Below are positions 12,611-24,393 of a stretch of 48,872 bases of DNA, piece by piece (position 1 is the stretch's first letter; each line of letters opens with the position of its first letter). Position numbers and translations under genes: made by a program. Location: contig NC_069002.1 of the NCBI RefSeq assembly GCF_001194135.2, positions 34,732,935 to 34,781,806 on the forward strand, in the 5' to 3' direction. Below the pieces are notes generated by a model that was not told the origin of the DNA, ran no database searches, and saw only the letters and a list, made by a program, of their open reading frames with translations. The stretch is from Octopus bimaculoides. Lineage: Eukaryota.

Positions 12611-13465
12611 TTTAATGGTAGTGCCACTTCGCAACCTTAATTACATGGATTACGTATTTAATGCTCAGAATGAAAGAGAGTGACTTATATAGAGGAATAG
12701 ATGAATTACATCTTACTCTCAATTTTCGGAAAGACTTGTTTTTTTTATGAAATGAAGAAAGGAATGGGCGAAAATTGACTGTAATGAAAATTCTCGGAAA
12801 TATTTTTTTTTTTTAGGAAAATAATATATTTCTTCTATTTAAGATTATGCGTAGGCCATCATCGCAAAAAATGAGAATTTTGTGTTAGTCTTAAGATATG
12901 AGGTGTTGATATTTCCTTCATTATGTCCTCTCACTTATTAATACCTTGAGGAAATATAAATAATTTGGATGTCGAGTTTCTAACTTTTTTTTTAAATCAA
13001 TAGCGTACATCGATTATTGCCAGAAAAAGTTTGCTCGTGAAAAATAAAATATTGGATTTTCTTAACCATTAACCCTTCCAACGTAACATTTGCGTCATCG
13101 ATTTAGCTGACAGAAATAGCAACCATATTTCCCTATCCGTCAAATGACATAACACAGTGTTTAAAAAATAGGGCATGTTACGAAATGTAGTTCTTTAACT
13201 ATAGACTTCACAATCATGGCTGAAAAGATTCCTATCATATGCTTGGAGGACGATAACTGATTATAGCTCTGCGCATCAACAGCACCCACTTATAAATATT
13301 GATTTCAATATTCGAAACTAAATGCACGCTTATCTGTTGTTACTCCACGCGCTAAAATTTGCACAGAAAAACCTTTAAAATTGTGCCTACCGTTTTCAAA
13401 ATAAGACGTAGATAATATAAACACCCAAGTGATTCTAATTACTTGTAAGAATTTGAGCATTTATA

Positions 13466-13620
13466 GGCGCTGGCGTGGCTGTGTGGTAAGCAGCTTGCTT
13501 CACTACTACATGGTCCCGGGTGCAGTTCCATTGCGTGGCAACTTAAGCAAGTGTGTTCTACAGGAGCTGGCCAAGGCCTTGTGAGTGGGTTTGGTAGATA
13601 GAAACTGAAAGAAGCACGTC

Positions 13621-13669
<49 letters not shown>

Positions 13670-13881
13670 GTGCGTTTTTGTGTGTCTGTATTTGTCCTCC
13701 CACCATTTCTTGACAACCGATGTTGGTGTGTTTACGTCCCTGTAACTTAGCGGTTCGGCAAAAGAGACCGAAAGAATAAGTACTAGGCTTACAAAGAGTG
13801 AGTCCTGGGGTTGATTTCTTCGACTAAAGGCTCCAGCATGACCGCCGTTAAATGACTGAAACAAGTAAAAGAATAAAAGAA
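13466..13881 (+). mobile_element. tRNA-derived SINE family A, full length with internal (TA)n
   Basis: A-box TGGCTGTGTGG, B-box-like GGTGCAGTTCC, internal microsatellite, tail AAATGACTGAAACAAGTAAAAGAATAAAAGA; about 11 related copies in the window. Confidence 0.9.
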
Positions 13882-14216
13882 TGTGTCTGCAAAATGAAGG
13901 CTGACCCGAGGTTAAACAAAAACAGCAACAATAAGAACAACAACAACAACAACATCGTCAATAGCTAAAACAAATGAAATGAAAAAAAAAACAAACATAT
14001 ATATTGGTTTATTGCTTCTTGGGCTGAGGAAATGGTAAGTTACAGCGTTAAAAGATATAGAAAGAAATTATTGATCTAAATGAAGAACTGTGGCACAGTA
14101 ATGTCAGCTTGCCAACAGCTTTTCTTTTATTTTGCTTTAAAGCATTCGATATATTCTTCAAAATCAATATCCAATTATTTCTTTCTAGACCCAAATGACC
14201 TCCTATAGAAAGGGAA

Positions 14217-14282
14217 ATGAAATTAGACGGTGGCGTTCAGGCTGTCCTGAATACAATTAGCAGTGAAAATGTACTGGGATGG
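14217..14282 (+). CDS. Candidate start-codon exon, MKLDGGVQAVLNTISSENVLGW (exon 14189-14282)
   Basis: Acceptor TATTTCTTTCTAG| at 14188, donor TGG|GTTAGT at 14283, ATG at 14217 preceded by an in-frame stop, open to the donor in phase 0. Confidence 0.4.
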
Positions 14283-14393
14283 GTTAGTAAAAAAAAAAAA
14301 AGTAGCAGAACCCTTTATCGTAGTCTCGGTTAACTACCCCTTTACTCCTTGATCTAGAACATTGCTTCCAGCCAAAAGAGAGGAAGAGAAAAT

Positions 14394-14615
14394 TATATGT
14401 ATGGCTTGAGCCAATGAAAGTTTTCTACGTTGTTTGGTGACCTGCTACAATCAGCGTCTAAATATCTCCCCAATAACACATTATCGACTTAATAATAAAG
14501 TACGTATACATTAGACATTGAAGCTATGCATTAATCGCGAAAAGTGGTGTTGATTAAAAGGAAGGCCTTTCATTATATGCGTCTTCTCTTTATTCGTTCA
14601 CCTGGGGGGCTAAGG
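14394..14615 (+). pseudogene. Decayed Penelope-like GIY-YIG endonuclease fragment
   Basis: YMYGLSQ*KFSTLFGDLLQS resembles YxGxTxRxLxxRFxEHLxS (stop at the Arg position, consistent with CGA>TGA); downstream IKRKAFHYMRLLFIRSPGGLR resembles RExFWIxxLxTxxPxGLN. Confidence 0.5.
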
Positions 14616-15399
14616 GACAACGAAAAGAACAAACACAAATAAGGATATAATAATTGATTTCGAGTTAGATATAGCAGCAAATTTTCTCTGAAGTTGTAAC
14701 GATACTGTTTTAAATAACTTAAAAATAAAAATAACAACAGATTATGAGATAAAATTAATCGAAAAATTTGAAATGGATTGATGAACATGACTGTGATATA
14801 TTTAAGATTATATTTGCTGGGGTAGGTATAACAGCAACAAATATGCAACAGCAACATCTACTGAAAACTAATCAACATATTTCGATTTCCGCTGAAATGA
14901 AGACCAGACGCTGGCCAAATACGGTATATATTGGTATAAAACCTCCCTTTTTTTTGACATGTGTGGTCGCTCTATCTGTTATAAATAGCAGCTAAATCTT
15001 TTCCAAGTCACAAAACAGAGAATGAGCGTAAAATAGCAGAAGGCTCTATGCGCGCCTAGGTTTGCAAGTAATGGCTCTAGCGACAACATTTAATATCGGT
15101 TCTAAGTTAGTTTGAACTTTGGACGTATAAATGTGTAAAATATTTTATTTTGGTGCTCTATCTACCATTCTGAGTGCTTGGGAGCTAATAAGGATTTATG
15201 GGATTACAGCACAACCAGTAATTATATATTGTCAGCTTCTACGGATTTCACCTCTAAGAGGACGATTATGAATGGTATTTGTACCCAAACGATGGCCGAA
15301 ACAGCCAAATTAATGTGAAGCAGGGTAACACTCAACCTGATTCTTGTTACATACAGTCATTGCAATAAGTAATATATACTAAATATTGATTTTTTAAAG

Positions 15400-15592
15400 T
15401 TTGGCCCAAGGCCAGCAATTATGGGATAGTGGGTAATCCGATCACAACAACCTCAATACACGTTTTATCGTCCCAGAGAGGATGAAAGATAAAATCAACT
15501 TCGGTGGCATTTGAACTCAGAACGGAAAGATGGACGAAATACCGCTAAGAATTTTGCCCGTCGCTTCAACGGTTCTACGAGCTTGTTGCCTT
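15400..15592 (-). mobile_element. SINE family C, near full length
   Basis: Reverse complement aligns with 7346-7555 and 29508-29724. Confidence 0.85.
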
Positions 15593-16606
15593 AGTAATAG
15601 AAAATATTCATCTACCTTATTTGTGCTAAAACCCTCCCATATATACATTCAATACGCAGGAGGCTACTCTGAACTATTTTTTGCTAACCCTGTTGTCGTT
15701 ATCAGAATTTTAGTTGCATTCGATGGGGAAATTTCTAGTTGAGAAAGTTGATTAAATATTTCCGTGATGTAGATAAAAAATAACCCCGGGCGTTCTTGCT
15801 TGCACTATTTCTCACTGCAACTCATTCTATATATATTTTTGCTCCGTGTCAAATTTTGTGATGAGTTTGATTTTCACCGAAACTAGGCTTTTTCGATGTT
15901 CTTTTCTATTGTCATATATTTGAATCATGTTCAATACCATTTATTGAAAATCAAGAAAATAGCAAATAGATAATTGATTGATGATTTTGTTGATGATTTT
16001 TGTATTTGCAAGCACCCCAAGGCTGTGAGAAAATAATGGAGACATGCATCCATAAAGCAGAAGTACTAACCGGATATGTGCAACCGAATGAATTCCGAGG
16101 ATGGCATGCTACGCACCAGATCATAGTATAGTGTTAAACTAGGTTACTATAAGCTTACCACACTAACGGGATTTGAAATCAGAACGCAGAGAGCTGAAAC
16201 AAAAACCGCAAGGTATCTACTTCAACATTATAACTGTCTCTAGAACCCACTACCTTGGAAATGTACTTTTTTATCGACATCGAAGGAAGGAAATATATTC
16301 AGTGATAAAGTTGAGAAACTGTGAGCAGGGCGACGAGGACAAATTTCATGTTCTTAACTGAAGTAACAACGACGTCGAAAACAACATCAAAATCAATAGA
16401 AAAAAAATCAGTCAGTGACAACAACACGAACCCCTAAAACAAAATGGTAATAACAGATGAAAACTGAGAGAAGTGCTGATATCAGAGACGCGATATACGG
16501 AAGAGGAGAACTATAATCTATTTGTGAATAAAGTATAAGTGATTAGGACGTTCTGAGATAACAGGTATTAAATGATTCATTGAGCAATTAGGAAGTCATA
16601 GTTTTT

Positions 16607-16656
16607 CTTTTAAAATGAGATGTTATCTTTTAAAATGAGATGTTATCTTTTAAAAT
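16607..16656. repeat. 20-bp tandem repeat (CTTTTAAAATGAGATGTTAT) x2.5
   Basis: Exact units visible. Confidence 0.95.
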
Positions 16657-17225
16657 ACTGAACATAGTTTAGTGTGTGCTATATTGATGAGGTTATATTT
16701 ATTAATTTTTTAAAGCTTTTTGAAAATTTTACGAATGTCTTTTACAAGCAAGATTATCTTAAGAATAATAATTGAAGAAGGGGTTGTTGAGCTCTGTCAA
16801 TCAACGCAGCACTTATCCCTACTAAGCCCTGTAAAATGTTCTAGATGAGATTGTGTTCATAAATTTAAACTGAATTTGTTTTTTTACGAATTGTGATTCA
16901 GAAAGAAACTGTAACCATGAACTTTAGATCGCCTCCGATAATGGTGAGATTAGCATGGATGATTTTGAAAACAACTTTAATTCGTTAGCAGCAGTCAACA
17001 ACAATGGCATGGGTGGTTGAGATAATTCAATAGTGTTGATGTTATTTGGAGTAAGGATTATGTCAAAGTGAATACAGATTAATTATCTCGGTGGAGGACA
17101 CGGTCTGATGATGATAGATCAATTTGCGCTTCTTGCACCACAATAATTATTCTGCTTATTGCAGTTATGTTTAACCCAAGGTAGTTCTTTGTAGTAATGA
17201 CCACCAACTATGATTTTGCTAAGTG

Positions 17226-17380
17226 TACGAGGGCGCTCTGAAGTATTTCTCAGATCCACACACTTATTGCAGCGGTTTTTCGGTTTATCTCAGACCTGTA
17301 AAAGAACTCAGAAGTTTGGGTCCCAAACCAGGCCTTTCGCAATAACTTTAAAGAAAGAAAAAATTCAGTACCCCCTCGTA
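17226..17380. mobile_element. Mariner-derived MITE with both TIRs
   Basis: TACGAGGGCGCTCTGAA ... TTCAGTACCCCCTCGTA inverted ends with TA; homologous (reverse) to 34365-34485. Confidence 0.8.
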
Positions 17381-18846
17381 TATCAGGATTAATGAGGAGG
17401 ATTTTTTGTATTGGATTATGCAACGTTTTTTATTCGTGGAGATCTTCGTGTTTTTTTTTTTTCAAGCAAATATGAAATCATAGCGTCTGTATTGTTGAAT
17501 ATTTTAAAGGTATATAATTGATACATGTCGAAACAATGACGATTGTTGAAGAATTGAATGGTTGATCATATGTTCGATTCTCATCTGTGGGTTTCGATGC
17601 CATTCTGATGAGATCCCTCAACTCTCAATTTTCAATATTCTTTCGCATTTTCAAAGAAACTACAGTACATAAGTAACCTGGCTATGATAGAAGACGGACT
17701 ATCAGCGAAGTTTGTACTTGATTTAACGACTTGTTAGAAATCATAGATATATCCTTGCGAATGCAGTTTCCATTCTCTTTAAAAGATTTTATACACTGCA
17801 TAATGGAAACAGAGATATACATTAACATATTCTTAACGAATATGATTATTGTTTAATACAACCACGACTGATGTGTGTCGAAATAAGAACACCATAAAGA
17901 ATAGTTACAGCATAAGTTATTTCTCGCTGATATATATCCTCGAACGTGGTGTGTAAATTTGAGTGTTCATGCGCATCATCTAAATTGATGTCCTCAACTT
18001 TTCTCAGAGGCAGTGGAAATTTTGGTTAATTCCACGGCGTTTGAAAATGAAGAACATGAAATGTGTGATTTTTTCCTTTACCTCAATTAGCATCAATAAT
18101 GCCTGGCATTGATGTTAGTTTCATATAAACTGGAAGTCATCGTCATCATACATATATAAATAAAATCTTATTGCTTATAAAATGCTGTTTTATCTCCGAC
18201 TATTGTAATTTACCATATATTATCACAGATATGAAATATTCTTAGTGACTGTTAAACTTTCACGTCCAGAATGAAATCTGCCATGAAACAATTAATCTAT
18301 CCAACATTATCGAGTAGTTCACACTCTTGAGAATTTTCAGTCAATTCTAATATACATTTATGTAACTGGGGCTTGATAAACGTACAGTGATCAGAATAAA
18401 CCATTATTTATTTTGTATGAAACATCAATCAACGGATACGATTTGAACGAGACAGTCCAATTAACTGCTTCAGTTAGCAGTTTAGTCGTAAACTCATTAT
18501 ATTATGGAGAGAATAATACAGATAAAAAAAGGAAATACGGAAATAAATATAAGATATAAATGATGCATCGGGATTTGTAAAATGTCGGACATTGAGTGAC
18601 ACATTAATAGTTGTATATTCACTGACAATAAAACGTAAAATACTGGTCTTTCATTTTGAATTTAATCTGGGCAAGAAGAGCAATGCAGCGATGTCAACCA
18701 GAACAACATCAGCTTTGGCTCTCCTATAACGATGATATACACATTTCCCCAAGCAGAAATGATGTATGTTAACTACCAAACGAATTGTCAATATCTCCTT
18801 GATATTAGAACCGCTCTGTGATTGCTCTCTATATCCATACACATTT

Positions 18847-18849
<3 letters not shown>

Positions 18850-18883
<34 letters not shown>

Positions 18884-19495
18884 NNNNNNNNNNNNNNNNN
18901 NNNNNNNNNNNNNNNNNNNNNNNNNNNNNNNNNNNNNNNNNNNNNNNNNNNNNNNNNNNNNNNNNNNNNNNNNNNNNNNNNNNNNNNNNNNNNNNNNNNN
19001 NNNNNNNNNNNNNNNNNNNNNNNNNNNNNNNNNNNNNNNNNNNNNNNNNNNNNNNNNNNNNNNNNNNNNNNNNNNNNNNNNNNNNNNNNNNNNNNNNNNN
19101 NNNNNNNNNNNNNNNNNNNNNNNNNNNNNNNNNNNNNNNNNNNNNNNNNNNNNNNNNNNNNNNNNNNNNNNNNNNNNNNNNNNNNNNNNNNNNNNNNNNN
19201 NNNNNNNNNNNNNNNNNNNNNNNNNNNNNNNNNNNNNNNNNNNNNNNNNNNNNNNNNNNNNNNNNNNNNNNNNNNNNNNNNNNNNNNNNNNNNNNNNNNN
19301 NNNNNNNNNNNNNNNNNNNNNNNNNNNNNNNNNNNNNNNNNNNNNNNNNNNNNNNNNNNNNNNNNNNNNNNNNNNNNNNNNNNNNNNNNNNNNNNNNNNN
19401 NNNNNNNNNNNNNNNNNNNNNNNNNNNNNNNNNNNNNNNATATATATATATATACACCTCAGTATGTGAGAGACTGTGGAAGAGAAAGAGAATGT

Positions 19496-19569
<74 letters not shown>

Positions 19570-19570
19570 G

Positions 19571-19667
<97 letters not shown>

Positions 19668-19680
19668 GGAGAGAGGTAGA
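18850..19680. repeat. (CA)n / gap / long (GATA)n array
   Basis: Direct inspection. Confidence 0.95.
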
Positions 19681-20324
19681 TAGATTGTGAGAAATACATA
19701 GTGGGAGAGATAAATCGGCATATAAACGACCAGACCACCTCCATGAGTGACAAACCTAGAGTCTTGATTTAACATTTCGAATTCTCAGTAAGCAAGAGAA
19801 TTGAGATATATCTCTAAAGTTTTCAGTCTTATAAATGTTTAATGAGTGAAAGCATATGAATTTCTCTCTAGAGATCAGTAGCTTATATGTACTTACAAAT
19901 CTATTGTTGCAGATGATGATCTTCGTCTAATGTTTGTACCAGCACCTACCTTGACAATGTAGCATATGCATGAGCTGAGATCTAATAAGCCTTCCATGGA
20001 CGAGAACTCGTAATTATTTCTATAATGGATGACTATGAACAGTAGAAACTAAACCAAGAAGTCTTGTAAGCAATGTTTAATGTACTAAGCGGAATACCTA
20101 AATTGTGCATTTTTAAAATGATAAATATATTACATTATCCTTCGATGCTCGTAGGGAATGTTGTGTCGTGTGTCAGAAATTTATTGATGAACTACCTTAA
20201 CGTCATATGCTTGTCTAAGTGCACTGGAGCGGCTGTCACCAGCGCCGTCAAAATTATAACTACTTATCACCTTATTTACATCATTTACATTAGACGGATA
20301 TTTGCCCTCATCTTGTTTGTTGTT

Positions 20325-20370
20325 AACACAACGTTTCGGCTGACATACCGTCCAGCCTTCATCAGGTGTC
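20325..20370 (-). ncRNA. Type I hammerhead ribozyme with intact core
   Basis: Minus strand GACAC-CTGATGA-A-GGCTG-GACGGTATGT-CAGCC-GAAAC-GTT/GTGTT; stem I 5 bp, stem II 5 bp, palindromic AACGTT; predicted cleavage between 20330 and 20329. Confidence 0.75.
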
Positions 20371-20444
20371 TTGGGGAAATTTCGAACCTGGTTTCTCATT
20401 CCTAAGGTATTTTCGATATTATTATTATGATTATTATTATTATT

Positions 20445-20512
20445 CAGGTTACTACCTGGAATCGAACTCGAAATCTTGGGGTTAGTAGACCTCGCTCTTA
20501 ACCACTACGCCA
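20445..20512 (-). ncRNA. tRNA-like Pol III head (A and B boxes) of family E
   Basis: Minus strand A-box TGGCGTAGTGG (20512-20502) and B-box GAGTTCGATTCC (20469-20458). Confidence 0.75.
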
Positions 20513-20879
20513 AGATGAGGAAAAATATCCATCAAATGTAAACAATGTACATAATTCCTCATCTCTTGAATAAAGAACTGTACTTATCACGTATTGATGT
20601 TTTCGGGGACACAAAGTGACTAACATCTCATTGGCCTAAGAATCATAGAGGCTTGTCAGTTCGACTCCATAACTTTTGAAAATAGAAAGTTAAAAGATGT
20701 CCCTGCGATAACAGTATAATGTCTACGTTTATCAAACGAATATACCACTTATATTTAATACACATACATGCGAGTATGTGTTCGCATATAGGTATGAACA
20801 CATGAATGTATATAAATAGAGATAATGAGGGGGAGAGAAAGACAGAGAGATAGATTGCTAACTATATAGTGCGATTCAT

Positions 20880-20896
20880 TGATATATGTATACATA

Positions 20897-20939
<43 letters not shown>

Positions 20940-21700
20940 NNNNNNNNNNNNNNNNNNNNNNNNNNNNNNNNNNNNNNNNNNNNNNNNNNNNNNNNNNNNN
21001 NNNNNNNNNNNNNNNNNNNNNNNNNNNNNNNNNNNNNNNNNNNNNNNNNNNNNNNNNNNNNNNNNNNNNNNNNNNNNNNNNNNNNNNNNNNNNNNNNNNN
21101 NNNNNNNNNNNNNNNNNNNNNNNNNNNNNNNNNNNNNNNNNNNNNNNNNNNNNNNNNNNNNNNNNNNNNNNNNNNNNNNNNNNNNNNNNNNNNNNNNNNN
21201 NNNNNNNNNNNNNNNNNNNNNNNNNNNNNNNNNNNNNNNNNNNNNNNNNNNNNNNNNNNNNNNNNNNNNNNNNNNNNNNNNNNNNNNNNNNNNNNNNNNN
21301 NNNNNNNNNNNNNNNNNNNNNNNNNNNNNNNNNNNNNNNNNNNNNNNNNNNNNNNNNNNNNNNNNNNNNNNNNNNNNNNNNNNNNNNNNNNNNNNNNNNN
21401 NNNNNNNNNNNNNNNNNNNNNNNNNNNNNNNNNNNNNNNNNNNNNNNNNNNNNNNNNNNNNNNNNNNNNNNNNNNNNNNNNNNNNNNNNNNNNNNNNNNN
21501 NNNNNNNNNNNNNNNNNNNNNNNNNNNNNNNNNNNNNNNNNNNNNNNNNNNNNNNGTATGTATGAATGCATGTATGTATGCATGTATGTATGCATGTATG
21601 TATGTGTGTGTGTGTGTATGTGTGTGTGTGTGTGTGTGTGTGCGTCTGTGTGTGTGTGAGTGTGTGTGTATGTGTGTGTGTGTGCCTATGTGTGTGTATG
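20880..21700. repeat. (TA)n / gap / (TATG)n(TG)n
   Basis: Direct inspection. Confidence 0.95.
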
Positions 21701-21702
21701 TA

Positions 21703-21945
21703 TTCTATTATTGTTTTAATTGTTTCAGTTGTTTGACTGCGGCCATGCAGCAGTACCACCTTAAAGACATTTACTCGAAGAAATCAACCGCATGACATAT
21801 TATTTGGAAGCGTAGTACTTATTCTGTCGGTTGCTTTTGCCAAACCGCTGGGTACGGGGCCGTGAACACACAAAAATATCGGCTGCTAAGCGATGATGGT
21901 GGGAAAAAACAAGGACACAAAGACACACACACGTAAATATATATG

Positions 21946-22022
<77 letters not shown>

Positions 22023-22125
22023 ATGTATGTATGTATGTATATATGTGTGTATGCATGTATGTGTGTATGTATGTACAACAGGTATCTTTCAGTTTCCGTC
22101 TACCAATATATTTGCTCGGCATTGT
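21703..22125 (-). mobile_element. SINE family A, 5'-truncated, with internal microsatellite
   Basis: Reverse complement matches the family A body and tail. Confidence 0.85.
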
Positions 22126-23192
22126 ATTAGGTTAGCAAGAAAATATACATAAAACCATGTTTTGGATCTAATATCACTGGTATAAACATGTGCCATAATT
22201 TTGAATGTTTATAATCAGACACACTTAGTTGGTCAATATTCAATATTCTAAGATGTGAACTAAATACCTGTGTCTATGACTTTTTCTAATTATATCTCTT
22301 CCCACATTTGATAATGCTTATGTTTTCACGGTGAGATAAGACCTTGTTGAAGAATCCCAGTGTTATTCGAAATGTTTCAATAATGATCGAGTTGGTAATA
22401 TCATTTTCTTTCTAGATTTATCAAAGAGGCCTTTTCCTGTCTTGGAAGCCAAATAATTTATCACTGTTGTGGTACTGAAATGGGTATAAGGGCAGAATTA
22501 ATAATGACATGCTTATGGTGGAATTTGTGCTAATTCATAACACGCATTATTTCATGTCTTGCAACTACGTATATATATATATATATATATATATNNNNNN
22601 NNNNNNNNNNNNNNNNNNNNNNNNNNNNNNNNNNNNNNNNNNNNNNNNNNNNNNNNNNNNNNNNNNNNNNNNNNNNNNNNNNNNNNNNNNNNNNNNNNNN
22701 NNNNNNNNNNNNNNNNNNNNNNNNNNNNNNNNNNNNNNNNNNNNNNNNNNNNNNNNNNNNNNNNNNNNNNNNNNNNNNNNNNNNNNNNNNNNNNNNNNNN
22801 NNNNNNNNNNNNNNNNNNNNNNNNNNNNNNNNNNNNNNNNNNNNNNNNNNNNNNNNNNNNNNNNNNNNNNNNNNNNNNNNNNNNNNNNNNNNNNNNNNNN
22901 NNNNNNNNNNNNNNNNNNNNNNNNNNNNNNNNNNNNNNNNNNNNNNNNNNNNNNNNNNNNNNNNNNNNNNNNNNNNNNNNNNNNNNNNNNNNNNNNNNNN
23001 NNNNNNNNNNNNNNNNNNNNNNNNNNNNNNNNNNNNNNNNNNNNNNNNNNNNNNNNNNNNNNNNNNNNNNNNNNNNNNNNNNNNNNNNNNNNNNNNNNNN
23101 NNNNNNNNNNNNNNNNNNNNNNNNNNNNNNNNNNNNNNNNNNNNNNNNNNNNNNNNNNNNNNNNNNNNNNNNNNNNNNNNNNNNNNNNNNNN

Positions 23193-23236
<44 letters not shown>

Positions 23237-23789
23237 TACATTCGTACATATGCATGCATATGCATATGTCGAAAACATTGAGGTTGTTATTATATTTTGT
23301 ACATCCTTAGGTACATGCTAAACTGTGTCCATAATATCGGAAATATTTCGATCTTTTTATGTTAGTTACAATTTATTACATTACCGCGCCTTGAGACCCA
23401 CATGATCAAGACAGTTAAATAGAGTCAGCATAAATACATTACTAATGTTATCTATTATTATAGACCTCTAAACTCCCGGAAGACCGGATTTCTACATTCA
23501 TTTCTTCCGTGTGCTGGTAATTTGAGGAATTTCGTTGTAAGCAAAGATAGTTTGTTTATTAATGCCAGAATATAAAGACAATATCGAAAGTGAAAGACAG
23601 TGAAAATGTGACTAATATTATTATATATACATTTCTCGTTTCAACCACTAAACTGAAATCAATCTGGAATGGTTCCGTTCTCCATATACAAATGAGCCAA
23701 TAAAAATACATTTATGCCATTGCTTCTGCTATTAGTAATAATATAATTTTAATCCCGTAAAGCACACTGCAACGACCTAAATAATGTTT

Positions 23790-23932
23790 GGACAAGTGCG
23801 ACTGTGTAGTAAGAAGTTTTCGTCACAAACCATACGGGTTCAATCTTGCTGAATGGCACCTTGAGGAAGGGTCTTCAACTATAACCTTGGGCCGAGCAGA
23901 TCCTTGGTAGACGAAAACCGAAAGATGTCCGT
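23790..23932 (+). mobile_element. SINE family A, 5' half (runs into gap)
   Basis: Matches the family A head up to GAAAGATGTCCGT. Confidence 0.8.
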
Positions 23933-24093
23933 NNNNNNNNNNNNNNNNNNNNNNNNNNNNNNNNNNNNNNNNNNNNNNNNNNNNNNNNNNNNNNNNNNNN
24001 NNNNNNNNNNNNNNNNNNNNNNNNNNNNNNNNNNNNNNNNNNNNNNNNNNNNNNNNNNNNNNNNNNNNNNNNNNNNNNNNNNNNNNNNNNNNN

Positions 24094-24393
24094 CGGAACA
24101 GCCTGATCGTTAAATTAGCCTGCAAATAATTGAGTACTCCACAGACATGTGTATCCTTAATGTAGTTCTCCGGGAGATTCTGCGTGATTCAGACTGTGAG
24201 AAGGCTGGTCCATTGAAATACAGGTATAACAGAAACAGGAAGAAAGAGTGAGAGAAAGGTGTGGTGAAAGAGTACGATAGGGTTCACCACCAACCTCCTG
24301 CCGGAACTTCGTGGAGCTTTCGGTGTTTTTGCTCAATAAACAATCACAACGCCCGGTCCGGGAATCGAAACAGCGATCCTACGACCGCTAGTC
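24094..24393 (-). mobile_element. tRNA-derived SINE family B, truncated
   Basis: Reverse complement aligns with 35378-35772. Confidence 0.9.

Larger units (their letters stand above)
20271..20580. mobile_element. Repeat family E copy 1: composite tRNA-head + HHR element with internal inversion and 10-bp TSD
   Basis: TACTTATCAC direct repeat at 20261-20270 and 20581-20590; homology to 45646-45845; inverted arms 20277-20315 / 20511-20549. Confidence 0.8.

Noticed and set aside
16900-18600. Possible minus-strand RTE-like RT relic (RRGINQ and ITYA-like fragments)
   Set aside because: Motif matches are too weak and frames inconsistent to call without an alignment.
22416-22486. Good acceptor TCATTTTCTTTCTAG with downstream GT sites
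   Set aside because: No donor/phase combination fits the neighbouring candidate exons without a stop.
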